Origin: Actinomycetota bacterium
GTDB lineage: Bacteria > Actinomycetota > Acidimicrobiia > Spongiisociales > UBA5794
Assembly (NCBI GenBank): GCA_013151445.1
Contig: JAADIG010000137.1
Location: forward strand, 18,424-82,423
Direction of reading: 5' to 3'
Length of the DNA stretch: 64,000 nt
The translations under genes were made by a program, and so were the position numbers. The notes under the pieces were generated by a model that saw only the letters and a program-made list of their open reading frames with translations, made no database searches and was not told the DNA's origin. Positions 9,355-18,552 of this stretch are shown here, in pieces (the stretch's first letter is position 1; each line of letters starts with the position of its first letter).

Positions 9355-10104
9355 ATGCAAACTAGGAAGATTTCGGACTCGGTGGCCTTTGTCACCGGCG
9401 CAAACCGAGGAATTGGGCGGGCCATCACCGAAGCACTGCTCGAGCGAGGGGTCCAAAAGGTGTATGCCGCAGTTCGTGACACAGGGACGGTTGGCGATCT
9501 CGTCGGCCGCTATGGCGATCGGGTTGTGCCGCTTGCTCTCGATGTCACCGATGCTGCCCAGGTCGCCGCAACGGCCGCTGTTGCAGGCGATACGACGTTG
9601 CTCGTCAACAATGCGGGTGTAGCGCTCGGAGGGGACCTGGTGAGCGGTGATATCGTCGCAAACGCTCGTCAGGAGATGGAGGTGAACTACTTCGCTCCAC
9701 TTGAGATCCTGCAGAGCTTCGCCCCAATTCTCAAGACCAACGGTGGGGGTGGAGTCGTGAACATGTCGTCCATCGCCGGTCTGAGCAACTTTGCCATGCT
9801 TGCAACCTACAGCGCCTCGAAGGCAGCCGTTCATTCTCTGACACAGGCGACTCGTGCGTTGCTTGCTGCCCAGAACACGGCCGTCTTCGGCGTGTACCCG
9901 GGTCCCGTCGACACGGACATGGCAAAGGGTATCGATATGGAAAAGACCTCACCACAGCACGTCGCAAATGCGATTCTCGACGGTGTTGAGGCTGGTACGA
10001 CCGATATCTATCCCGATCCGTTCGCCGAAGGATTCGGCCAGCAGTTCGAGGATTCTCCGCGCGCCGTCGAAAAGCAGCTCGCTGGGATGGTCCAGCAGGG
10101 CTGA
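9355..10104 (+). CDS. Short-chain dehydrogenase/reductase
   Basis: TGANRGIG, NNAG, YSASK, YPGPVDT; start moved to ATG 9355, after RBS GAGGA. Confidence 0.92.
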   Translation: MQTRKISDSVAFVTGANRGIGRAITEALLERGVQKVYAAVRDTGTVGDLVGRYGDRVVPLALDVTDAAQVAATAAVAGDTTLLVNNAGVALGGDLVSGDIVANARQEMEVNYFAPLEILQSFAPILKTNGGGGVVNMSSIAGLSNFAMLATYSASKAAVHSLTQATRALLAAQNTAVFGVYPGPVDTDMAKGIDMEKTSPQHVANAILDGVEAGTTDIYPDPFAEGFGQQFEDSPRAVEKQLAGMVQQG

Positions 10105-10110
10105 ACCAGT

Positions 10111-10153
10111 GGTGTTGTGCGGGCCTCGAACATACCGGGGCTCGCACGACACC
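10111..10153 (+). terminator. Hairpin after the SDR gene
   Basis: 18-bp stem GGTGTTGTGCGGGCCTCG / CGGGGCTCGCACGACACC with three G-U pairs (favours the + strand), 7-nt loop. Confidence 0.6.
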
Positions 10154-10225
10154 GGTTCGCGCCGGTTGTGACAGGTGACTCCAATAGCGGGTATTCTGCT
10201 TGCGTCGTCGAGTGGAGACCTTCGA

Positions 10226-10546
10226 ATGAGCGACCAGCATCAACGAACCTGGACCTTTCTCACGAATCATGCGCGGGTTCTCGTTCTTATTGCGGAGACA
10301 CCCGGCATACGACTGCGTGATATTGCTGTCCGGGTTGGGATTACCGAACGAGCATCACAGCGTATTGTCGCGGAACTTGAGGCCGACGGGTACCTCTCCC
10401 ACGAGAAGGTAGGTCGGCGCAACCACTACCACCTCCTGTCGTCGGCTCACCTCCGTCATCCTCTGGAGGACGGGATCGAGGTCGGTCAACTGCTCGATCT
10501 TTTTGTGGACCCGGACCGCTCTGAGTCGCCGCCGGTGACCACCTAA
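10226..10546 (+). CDS. Small winged helix-turn-helix regulator (WTFLTNH family)
   Basis: WTFLTNHARVL...RLRDIAVRVGITERASQRIVAELEADGYL...GRRNHY; ATG 10226 follows GGAG. Confidence 0.85.
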   Translation: MSDQHQRTWTFLTNHARVLVLIAETPGIRLRDIAVRVGITERASQRIVAELEADGYLSHEKVGRRNHYHLLSSAHLRHPLEDGIEVGQLLDLFVDPDRSESPPVTT

Positions 10547-10676
10547 CGCCACTCATATTCCACCCGAGCCTGCATCACGACCGATACCGAGCGATGCATT
10601 ACCGATTAACAAAGCATGATATCGTTAGCGTCTATTCGACGTAGTCGTTGGTTTCGGCGGCGAATAGCTTGGGAAA

Positions 10677-10725
10677 CCTGTGGTGGGTTGACCCGGTTTA
10701 CGGATAGGTAGCTCGGGCCGTATGG
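10677..10725 (+). ncRNA. Candidate cation-sensing riboswitch-like element (nhaA-I / DUF1646-like)
   Basis: Extended hairpin TGTGGT-GGGTT-G-ACC-loop-GGT-AGCTC-GG-GCCGTA about 130 nt upstream of a cation:proton antiporter; resemblance to the motif consensus is from memory and unverified. Confidence 0.45.
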
Positions 10726-10854
10726 TCCGATTGCTCGATAGGCGGGGCTCGCGGCTTTCGGCGTGCGAGATAGATCACACCCGTTGAGAGGATCGTCGTA
10801 GGAGCGGCGTGGTCCCTCGGCCGGAACATAGAGGTACATGGCAATCTACGAGGA

Positions 10855-12660
10855 GTGGCACGGCCAGTGTTTGAAGACCCCATCATTCAACTAGGCGGGA
10901 TCGCGGTCCTTGCGTTTGCGGTGACATGGTTCGGTGATCGGATCCGGGTGCCGGTGATTCTGCCGCTACTCGTGACGGGGTTCCTCGTTGGACCAGTATT
11001 TGGTCTCGTGAACCCCGATGTTCTGATTGGCGATCTGCTCACGCCCGCAGTTTCCATTGCAGTCGGCCTCATTCTCTTCGAGGGTGGGTTGAGTCTCAAA
11101 ATGCGCGAGATGGCCGGCCAGCAACGCGTGTTGTGGTTACTAGTGACGGTGGGCATGCTGATCACCTGGGCGGTTGGTGCCGCGACCGTAATGGCATTCA
11201 CGGACCTGCGGCCGGGGCTTGCGGTACTTCTCGGATCGATTCTCGTGGTGTCCGGTCCGACGGTGGTCGGACCTCTTCTCGCTCATGTGCGCCCCAAGCG
11301 CTCGGTCGGTTCGATCCTGAAGTGGGAAAGTATCTTCATTGATCCGATTGGTGCCCTGGTAGCCGTCCTGGCATTCGAGGTATTCCTCGTGGGTCGTGTC
11401 GGTGCCACACCCGTCGAGATCATCAGCCAGGTCGCCCAGTTCATGTTCGCCGGTGTGGCGGTCGGTGGTATTGTCGCCGCCGGGGCGATTCCTGCGTTAC
11501 GACGGCACTGGGTGCCCGAACACCTCCTTTCGCTCTTTGGGATAAGCGTTGCGTTGCTCGCCTTCATCGTCGCCGACTCGATTGCGGCCGAGTCCGGCCT
11601 GCTGTCGACGACCGTTGTCGGACTTATCCTCGCCAACCACAAAACGATTCGCACGGAACAGATCGTCCAGTTCTCCGAAGTCGTCAGGGTCCTGCTGATT
11701 GGCGTGTTGTTCATTGTGCTCAGCGCCCGTTTGACGACCGACCAACTTCAGGTCGATCTCGGAGCTGCGGCCGCAATCGTTGCTGCCTTGGTCCTGGTGG
11801 CACGGCCACTTGCTGTGGCTGTATCGACCTGGCGATCGAAACTCTCCTGGCAGGAGAAGGTGTTGCTCGCGGCGGTCGCCCCGCGGGGAATCGTTGCGGC
11901 CTCCATTGCGTCCGTGTTCGCCCTGGAACTCCAGCATGCCGGGATTCCGGGTGCCGACGAACTTATACCTCTGGTGTTTGCAGTGATCGTCGCCACCGTC
12001 ACGATCTATGGCCTCGGAATGGGTCCACTTGCCCGCTGGTTGAAGCTGGCCGAACGCCACCAAGAGGGGGTTCTGGTTCTCGGAGCCGGAAGAGTGGAGC
12101 GGGCGATCGCTGACGCCCTCGCCGATGCGGGTGTCGAGGTTGTTCTCGCAACGACCAACCGTGATGACTATTACGATGCCAGAGCCGCCGGTCGACGAAC
12201 CTACTTCGGCAACATCCTCGCTCGCGATGTGGATCTTGAGCTCGACCTGTCGGGAATCGGGAGGCTGCTCGCGCTAACGCCGAATGACGATGTCAACACG
12301 CTGGCGGCGAGCCGTTATGCAGCGACATTCGGCGGCGGATCGACGTTCCAGCTCGTACCTCGGCGCCGCGACGGGGGAGTTGCCTCAATCCCCGCTTCCG
12401 AATTTGGCGGACGGTTGTTGTTTGGAAGCGAGTGGGACTACAACACCGTTCTCGAGTCCCTGGAGAATGGTGGACAGGTGCTCACTAGCACTGTCTCGGA
12501 TCCGGTCGAGGGTGAGGGTCTTGGTCCTGTCGAGAATGGCACAACACCGCTGTTCGTCGTCAAGTCAGATGGCAAGGTGGTCATCGTCGAAAGCGGATCA
12601 AGTGGGGTCTTGGACGGCCTTGGATCCGGCGATACCGTCATCTCGCTCAGCAACGATTAG
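10855..12660 (+). CDS. CPA1-family cation:proton antiporter with C-terminal NAD-binding/TrkA-N-like domain
   Basis: About 12 TM segments; ILFEGGL, SGPTVV, ESIFIDP, APRGIVAA; cytoplasmic VLVLGAG and LALTPNDDVN. True start may be GTG 10867. Confidence 0.9.
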   Translation: MARPVFEDPIIQLGGIAVLAFAVTWFGDRIRVPVILPLLVTGFLVGPVFGLVNPDVLIGDLLTPAVSIAVGLILFEGGLSLKMREMAGQQRVLWLLVTVGMLITWAVGAATVMAFTDLRPGLAVLLGSILVVSGPTVVGPLLAHVRPKRSVGSILKWESIFIDPIGALVAVLAFEVFLVGRVGATPVEIISQVAQFMFAGVAVGGIVAAGAIPALRRHWVPEHLLSLFGISVALLAFIVADSIAAESGLLSTTVVGLILANHKTIRTEQIVQFSEVVRVLLIGVLFIVLSARLTTDQLQVDLGAAAAIVAALVLVARPLAVAVSTWRSKLSWQEKVLLAAVAPRGIVAASIASVFALELQHAGIPGADELIPLVFAVIVATVTIYGLGMGPLARWLKLAERHQEGVLVLGAGRVERAIADALADAGVEVVLATTNRDDYYDARAAGRRTYFGNILARDVDLELDLSGIGRLLALTPNDDVNTLAASRYAATFGGGSTFQLVPRRRDGGVASIPASEFGGRLLFGSEWDYNTVLESLENGGQVLTSTVSDPVEGEGLGPVENGTTPLFVVKSDGKVVIVESGSSGVLDGLGSGDTVISLSND

Positions 12661-12701
12661 ACCGTCGTGCGGACGCATCGTACGAGCAATATGATGTCCG
12701 G

Positions 12702-13259
12702 ATGATGTCCGAAGTAACCCGAGACTCAGTCGACACTGCACACCGCATCGCAGATGAGCTGTTCAGCGTCTACCCGACGGAGTTCGGTGCGGCGAGGGCC
12801 GCTTATCACGGTCATGTGCACAGGGGCATCGATCTTGTCGCCCACCAGATGGATCTTGACGAAGCGACCGGGAAGCTGTTGGGGGTGGCGGGCTTTTTTC
12901 ACGATGCGGGGATCTGGCTCGACAACACCTTCGACTATTTAGGTCCGTCGATCCGGCGGGCTCTTGATCATCTGCATGACGTCGATGCGGGGGGTGAAGA
13001 TCTGGTGCGGCTGGTTATCTTTGAGCACCATCGGTTGCGGAGGGCGAGGTCCGAGCATCCGCTCGTGGAAGCGTTTCGGCGTGCCGATCTCACGGACCTC
13101 ACCGGCGGCCTTGTTCCGAGTCCCGGGGTGTCGTTTCGGGAGTATCGGCAGATCGGTGGGCGGTACCCGTCTCATGGGTTCCGTTGGAGGCTCACGGTGA
13201 TCTTTTTGCGGTGGACGCTGCGGCACCCGCTGCGACCGCTCCCCATGATGAAGTGGTAA
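12702..13259 (+). CDS. HD-domain phosphohydrolase-like protein
   Basis: H...HD...HH...D pattern: YHGHVHR, FHDAGIW, EHH, FRRAD. Confidence 0.7.
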   Translation: MMSEVTRDSVDTAHRIADELFSVYPTEFGAARAAYHGHVHRGIDLVAHQMDLDEATGKLLGVAGFFHDAGIWLDNTFDYLGPSIRRALDHLHDVDAGGEDLVRLVIFEHHRLRRARSEHPLVEAFRRADLTDLTGGLVPSPGVSFREYRQIGGRYPSHGFRWRLTVIFLRWTLRHPLRPLPMMKW

Positions 13260-13277
13260 CCCCGCCCCCATCTCCCC

Positions 13278-13327
13278 ATTTTGGCGTCCCACCACCCCAT
13301 GTTTCGTGCGCAAATGGACGCCAGAAT
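13278..13327. repeat. Intergenic palindromic repeat family, copy A
   Basis: ATTTTGGCGTCC...GGACGCCAGAAT, 50 nt; its CAAATGGACGCCAGAA is identical to the copy at 41731-41746. Confidence 0.7.
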
Positions 13328-13407
13328 GAGGATGATCGTGCTCGTTGACTTGATCAACTGCGCCGTAGCTGCGTGATCCGCGACTCTCGCCACCACACAG
13401 AAACTTC

Positions 13408-13439
13408 TTGACATTCCTGTTGACTGGAATGTGTACGGT
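13408..13439 (+). promoter_or_regulatory. MerR-family-type promoter/operator
   Basis: TTGACA (13408-13413), 20-nt spacer, TACGGT (13434-13439); dyad ACATTCCTGT-TG-ACTGGAATGT (13411-13432, 9/10 symmetric) between the hexamers. Confidence 0.72.
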
Positions 13440-13481
13440 GGCTGCGTGTAGCCAGATGAAACGTTCGGGAGCATCGAAACG

Positions 13482-13673
13482 ATGGAGCATGCAGGAATAG
13501 CAGTACAGGCGGAGCGCCCCCGCGGGCGTCCCGCAAAGAGGTTCATGCCGGGGAGAATCTGTATCGAACCGGAGTGTGTGACCCTCCTCAGTACGTACAA
13601 TCCGAACGATATGTGTTTCCGGCACAGTCCGATCCGTTTCCCGCGGACCCGTGGTCGGGTGGATGTAGAGTGA
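13482..13673 (+). CDS. 63-aa protein with C-x4-C-x12-C-x2-H putative metal-binding motif
   Basis: GRICIEPECVTLLSTYNPNDMCFRH; GGGAG RBS upstream; stop overlaps the next start (GTGA 13670-13673). Confidence 0.7.
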   Translation: MEHAGIAVQAERPRGRPAKRFMPGRICIEPECVTLLSTYNPNDMCFRHSPIRFPRTRGRVDVE

Positions 13674-14596
13674 CTGATTTCTTGACGGCCGTCACGGCGA
13701 TGCGAGGCGATGAGACTCGCTCGGATCATGATCATCCACGTTCGGCAGCTACCAAAACGAAACGCCGACCGGTACGTGGCTCGTTGGATGAATTGCACAC
13801 ATCGACGGTCGGCGGCCAGATTCGGCAGGGGCAGACGCCGTTCATATTCCTGCACGGGCTTGGCGGGACCCAGGTGTACTGGACCGCAGCCGACAGTGAC
13901 AGGTACCTGCCGCCACAGTCGACTCTCGTCGATCTTCTCGGGTTTGGCCAGTCACCCAGACCGTTCAAGAAGTACACCCTCGACACGCATCTCGCCGCAC
14001 TGGAGGCGGCGTTGGCTGGGCAACCTCCAGCGATCCTTGTCGGGCATTCCCTCGGGGCCGCTCTCGCATTGGCCTATGCCGTGCGCAATCCCGAGAGTGT
14101 GAAGGGACTGGTGCTGATCAGCCTCCCGTCGTACGGCGGCACCCAGGGGGCGATCCGTTGGCATCGACGACGGCTCAGCGGCTGGTTTCTCACCAACATG
14201 GTGCTTACTGGCCTGGCGTGTGTGACATCACGTCGACTGTTGGGGCCTCTGCTTCCCTTGATACTGCGCGACATACCCCGCGAGGTGGCTCGTGACCTTG
14301 TCGAACACAACGTCATGTCGTCGACTACGTCGCTGTGGAATGTGTTGTATCGCCGTGATGCGGTCGACGACCTCGATGCGCTCGCTCCCGACCTTCCGGT
14401 TACGTTCATCCACGGGACCAAGGACGGCACCGCTCCGATCGACTCGATTCGTGCCGTCACCGACGGGTACGAGAATCGGAAGCTGATCGAACTCGAAGGA
14501 GTTGACCACCACCCCTGGTTGCGAGCCCCCGGCGCATGCGCTGCGGCCATCGCCGACGCCGGGCGCGCCATTCAGACAGCACCACCAAAAGCATGA
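13670..14596 (+). CDS. Alpha/beta-fold hydrolase
   Basis: HGLGG, DLLGFGQS, nucleophile GHSLG, HGTKD, DHHPW; start set at the GTG overlapping the upstream stop. Confidence 0.88.
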   Translation: MTDFLTAVTAMRGDETRSDHDHPRSAATKTKRRPVRGSLDELHTSTVGGQIRQGQTPFIFLHGLGGTQVYWTAADSDRYLPPQSTLVDLLGFGQSPRPFKKYTLDTHLAALEAALAGQPPAILVGHSLGAALALAYAVRNPESVKGLVLISLPSYGGTQGAIRWHRRRLSGWFLTNMVLTGLACVTSRRLLGPLLPLILRDIPREVARDLVEHNVMSSTTSLWNVLYRRDAVDDLDALAPDLPVTFIHGTKDGTAPIDSIRAVTDGYENRKLIELEGVDHHPWLRAPGACAAAIADAGRAIQTAPPKA

Positions 14597-14627
14597 CAGG
14601 TGCTCGGCACCGGTCGAAAGTTGTGGA

Positions 14628-15245
14628 CTACTCGGGTGGGCGGAACCCGATCGCCGCACGCTCGGTTCGTGATCTCTTGAGTTCCCAGAAACCCGGTGTG
14701 GACCCCGCGGCGTGAACGCCATCCCACAAGCGCAGGGCTGCATCGATTTCGAGTTCGCGAGAAATCACCGGTCCGAAGATGGCGACCGGTTCGCCCTCAG
14801 CGTCATCAAATCCGATGATTGGTGTTCCGACGTCTTCACCGGTCAGTGCAAGAGCTTCGGCCATGCTTGCCGAGATCGTGTCGTCCCACGAAACATCGTC
14901 GGCCGCGAGCGCAAACTTACTGTCCAGACCGACGGCATCGAGGGCTTGCGCGGGATCGAAGTCGATATCCTGACCGAGGTGGATATGGCGGCCGTACTCG
15001 GTGTAGAGGTCACCGATGACCGCATCGCCCTTTTCGGAGCGAACGGCCTCAAGGACTCGCAGAAGCCGATGACTCTTGGTGTAGATGCCGGTGAAGGGGT
15101 GGTCCGGGTTATCAACGTTTTTCATCTTGAGACTGATTGACCGCCATCGAACGTCCAGGTCGCGGTGCGGTGCCACGTTGACGATCCAGCGCGATGTCAT
15201 CCAGCACCATGGACAGATCGGGTCGAGCCAATAGTTCACTCTCAC
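14628..15245 (-). CDS. DsbA-like thioredoxin-fold protein, Rv2466c (mycothiol-dependent reductase) family
   Basis: DPICPWCWMTSRW, GEDVGTPII, FGPVIS, FWELKR; RBS AGGAG. Confidence 0.88.
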   Translation of the reverse strand: MRVNYWLDPICPWCWMTSRWIVNVAPHRDLDVRWRSISLKMKNVDNPDHPFTGIYTKSHRLLRVLEAVRSEKGDAVIGDLYTEYGRHIHLGQDIDFDPAQALDAVGLDSKFALAADDVSWDDTISASMAEALALTGEDVGTPIIGFDDAEGEPVAIFGPVISRELEIDAALRLWDGVHAAGSTPGFWELKRSRTERAAIGFRPPE

Positions 15246-15474
15246 GTGATTCTCCTGATTCTTGTTGATAGGGGATACAAATTTGGTCGGGTCTCATGGA
15301 CTGACACCGCAGTTTGCTCGAAGAAATAGTATCAACGAATCAGTCACTCTATTCCGGTCGGGTTGTCGTCCTGGTTCTGCCCGAGTAACGCCTGTCCGTG
15401 GTGGTGAATATCAATGAGAGGGACATCGATGAGATCGTTTCGCACTGCCCTCGGCCTGTCTCTAGGGTATCTGC

Positions 15475-16104
15475 GTGATCGCTGGCACGACAGCGCGGAC
15501 GCGTATAGCTGTCCTGGTATCTGGGAGCGGGTCAAACCTGCAGGCCCTTATTGACGCATCTGTCGACCCTCATTTTGGTGCCGAGATCGCTGTCGTTGTT
15601 GCTGACCGGCCGAACGCCGGGGCACTCAAGCGTGCGGCGGATGCCGGGATTGCTCATGTGGTGGTTTCGTGGTCCGACTACTCCGACCGGGAGACATTCA
15701 CGACCGCTATCTGCGATGCAACCCACACCCATGACGTCACCGGGCTGGTCCTTGCCGGCTTCATGCGGATCCTTTCACCCGTGGCGATAAGACGGTATCC
15801 GGATGCGATCATCAACGTTCACCCGGCCCTGCTGCCGGCGTTCCCGGGAGCCGATGCCGTTGGCCAGGCGCTCGCCCACGGGGTGACAGTGACGGGTGTG
15901 ACGGTTCACTTTGTCGATGAGCAGGTCGACCACGGGCCGATTATCTTGCAAGAGTCGGCTGCGGTCCATCCCGACGACACTATCGATATCCTCCATCGTC
16001 GAATCCAGCAGATCGAACACACGGTGCTCCCGCTTGCGGTCGACGCTTTTGGCAAGGGTCTCCTCAGGGTCGTGGGTCGGCGCGTCGAGTGGTCTTCGTT
16101 ATGA
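15475..16104 (+). CDS. purN: Phosphoribosylglycinamide formyltransferase
   Basis: SGSGSNLQA, LAGFMRIL, NVHPALLP, GVTVHFVD, DHGPII; TAGGGT -10 six nt upstream. Confidence 0.96.
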   Translation: MIAGTTARTRIAVLVSGSGSNLQALIDASVDPHFGAEIAVVVADRPNAGALKRAADAGIAHVVVSWSDYSDRETFTTAICDATHTHDVTGLVLAGFMRILSPVAIRRYPDAIINVHPALLPAFPGADAVGQALAHGVTVTGVTVHFVDEQVDHGPIILQESAAVHPDDTIDILHRRIQQIEHTVLPLAVDAFGKGLLRVVGRRVEWSSL

Positions 16105-16144
16105 ATCTATGCCACGTTGAGGGGGTACCAAGATGGGAGCCAAC

Positions 16145-17686
16145 ATGACCAGACAACCGGTTCGGCAAGCACTGATATCCGTCTTTGATAAAACGGGTGT
16201 CGTAGATCTTGCTACCCGCCTCGTGGCCGGGGGAGTCGTGATCATCTCCTCTGGTGGGACCGCGAAACATCTTCGGTCCCACGGTGTGTCGGTGGTCGAC
16301 GTTGCCGACCTAACCGGCGCCAAGGAGATGCTCGGAGGTCGGGTGAAGACGCTGCACCCGACTATCCATGGTGCGATTTTGGCGGACCGTTCCCTGGCGA
16401 GCCATGTTGATGAGCTGTCCGATCGTGGGATTTCGCCTATCGACCTCGTCGTCGTAAATCTCTACCCGTTCGAGGCGACCGTGGCCGATCCGAACGCGAC
16501 CGTATCGGAGATCATTGAGAAGATCGACATAGGGGGCCCCACGATGATCCGGGCTGCGGCAAAAAATCACGCCCACGTGGCCGTGGCCACCGACCCGGAT
16601 GACTACCCGGGAATTGCCGCAGCAGTCGAACAGGGGGGAACGTTGCCGGAGGAACGCCAGGTACTTGCTCGCAAGGCCTTCGCCCACACGGCCGGATACG
16701 ATGCGGCGATTGTCCGGTGGTTTGATCGAGACGATTCGCTACCTGGGTTGCTTCCTCTCACTCTTGAACGCGTCGAGTCCCTGCGTTACGGGGAGAATCC
16801 GCACCAACCCGCAGCAATTTATACCGAGCGTGGAGCCCAAGGGTGGTGGCGTGAGGCGACGATTCATCAGGGTAAGGCGATGTCTTTCAACAACTACGCC
16901 GATACCGAGGCTGCGTGGCGTCTCGTAGGCGACCTCTCGCGCCCCGGTGTTGTTGTCATGAAACACATGAACGCCTGTGGCGCAGCGGAAGGGGCAACAC
17001 TCTCAGAAGCGTTCGGCACTGCCTGGGAGTGTGACCCAAAGTCTGGTTTTGGTGGCATCGTGGCCCTCAACGAGGAGTTGGACGAAGACACGGCCCGAAG
17101 GATTGTTGCGAACTTTGTCGAGGTGGTGATCGCACCGGGTCTCACCGAGGCCGCTGCCAACCTCCTTGCAAGCAAGAAGAATCTTCGTGTCGTTACCGCA
17201 CGGTTCCCCGAAACGGGAGGTCTCGACATGCGACGCGTCGAGGGGGGCATGTTGGTCCAATATCGAGACTCGCTTGCCACCGCTGGAGGAGATGTCCCCG
17301 CCGAGTGGCGTGTCGTTTCCGAGCGCACGCCGACAGATGAGGAGATGGCCGCATTGCGTTTCGCTTGGACGGTGGCCGGGCACACCAAATCCAACGCAAT
17401 CGTCATCGCCAACGGTCGTGCCGCTGTCGGTGTGGGCGCCGGTGACCAGAGCCGGGTTGGTGCCGCCGAGAGAGCGATCGTGAAGGCCGGTGACCGCACG
17501 GTGGGAGCCGTTGCTGCCAGCGATGCTTTTCTGCCATTCCGAGACACCCTCGACATCCTCGCTTATGCGGGGGTGCGTGCGGTTGTTGAACCGGGGGGAT
17601 CAAAACGCGACGATGAGGTCATCGCCGCCGCCGACGAGAGCGGCGTTTCGCTCGTATTCACCAACAAAAGGCATTTCCGACATTGA
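16145..17686 (+). CDS. purH: Bifunctional AICAR transformylase/IMP cyclohydrolase
   Basis: [46 protein letters not shown]; start after GGAG. Confidence 0.97.
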   Translation: MTRQPVRQALISVFDKTGVVDLATRLVAGGVVIISSGGTAKHLRSHGVSVVDVADLTGAKEMLGGRVKTLHPTIHGAILADRSLASHVDELSDRGISPIDLVVVNLYPFEATVADPNATVSEIIEKIDIGGPTMIRAAAKNHAHVAVATDPDDYPGIAAAVEQGGTLPEERQVLARKAFAHTAGYDAAIVRWFDRDDSLPGLLPLTLERVESLRYGENPHQPAAIYTERGAQGWWREATIHQGKAMSFNNYADTEAAWRLVGDLSRPGVVVMKHMNACGAAEGATLSEAFGTAWECDPKSGFGGIVALNEELDEDTARRIVANFVEVVIAPGLTEAAANLLASKKNLRVVTARFPETGGLDMRRVEGGMLVQYRDSLATAGGDVPAEWRVVSERTPTDEEMAALRFAWTVAGHTKSNAIVIANGRAAVGVGAGDQSRVGAAERAIVKAGDRTVGAVAASDAFLPFRDTLDILAYAGVRAVVEPGGSKRDDEVIAAADESGVSLVFTNKRHFRH

Positions 17687-18543
17687 GCGCACAAATACTT
17701 TCAGGACGTGATGTAGCCGCCGTCGTGCGGGCAGAGGTGGCCGAACAGGTTGCCGCTCTCAATGGGCGTGGCAAAACAGTGGGTCTGGCGACGGTCCTCG
17801 TCGGCGATGACCCGGCGTCGCACGTGTATGTGCGTAACAAACACCGTGCTGCCGAAAAAGCAGGGATGATCTCGATTGATGTGAATCTGCCAGCCGATGT
17901 CTCCCAGGAGGAGGTGATCGCTGCGGTTCACACCCTCAATGGTGATGATCGTGTCGACGGCATGATTGTGCAGCTTCCGCTCCCCAGCGGATTAGACGGC
18001 AACGCCGCGGTCGAGGCGGTACTCCCGGCGAAGGACGCCGATGGGTTACATCCCTACAACCTAGGATTGCTCATCCTTGATCGTCCGGGTCCACGGCCGG
18101 CGACACCATCGGGTGTTCTCCGGATCCTGGAGCACTATGGCATCACTACCTCTGGCAAGCGGGCTGTCGTGATCGGCCGATCGTTTCTCGTCGGACGTCC
18201 CATGGCCATCATGCTGGGTTCCAAGGGTGTGGATGCAACGGTTGTCCAGGCCCATTCGCGGACGCCCGATCTCGGGGCTGTCACCCTTGAAGCCGACATC
18301 ATTGTTGTTGCCGCCGGTCGACCCGACCTGCTGCGTCGTGAACATGTGAAACCCGGAGCCATCGTGATCGACGTCGGGACCAACAGGGTCGATGGCAAGC
18401 TTGTTGGAGATGTCGATTTCGAGGGGGTCTCAAGTGTTGCCGGCGGGATCACTCCAGTCCCCGGAGGTGTTGGACCTATGACGATTGCATCGCTGCTCGT
18501 GAACACCGTACAAGCTGCACAGAGGACGGCCACGCTCGATTAG
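17683..18543 (+). CDS. folD: Methylenetetrahydrofolate dehydrogenase/cyclohydrolase
   Basis: [38 protein letters not shown]. Confidence 0.96.
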   Translation: MSAQILSGRDVAAVVRAEVAEQVAALNGRGKTVGLATVLVGDDPASHVYVRNKHRAAEKAGMISIDVNLPADVSQEEVIAAVHTLNGDDRVDGMIVQLPLPSGLDGNAAVEAVLPAKDADGLHPYNLGLLILDRPGPRPATPSGVLRILEHYGITTSGKRAVVIGRSFLVGRPMAIMLGSKGVDATVVQAHSRTPDLGAVTLEADIIVVAAGRPDLLRREHVKPGAIVIDVGTNRVDGKLVGDVDFEGVSSVAGGITPVPGGVGPMTIASLLVNTVQAAQRTATLD

Positions 18544-18552
18544 GGGTTCCAG

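Noticed and set aside
12691-12711. ATGATGTCCG tandem duplication at the HD gene start
   Set aside because: Two short copies only, with no sign of function or target-site duplication.
15345-15474. Possible ZTP (pfl) riboswitch before purN-purH
   Set aside because: No GACUGGCG / CGCCUGGG core; purN appears leaderless.
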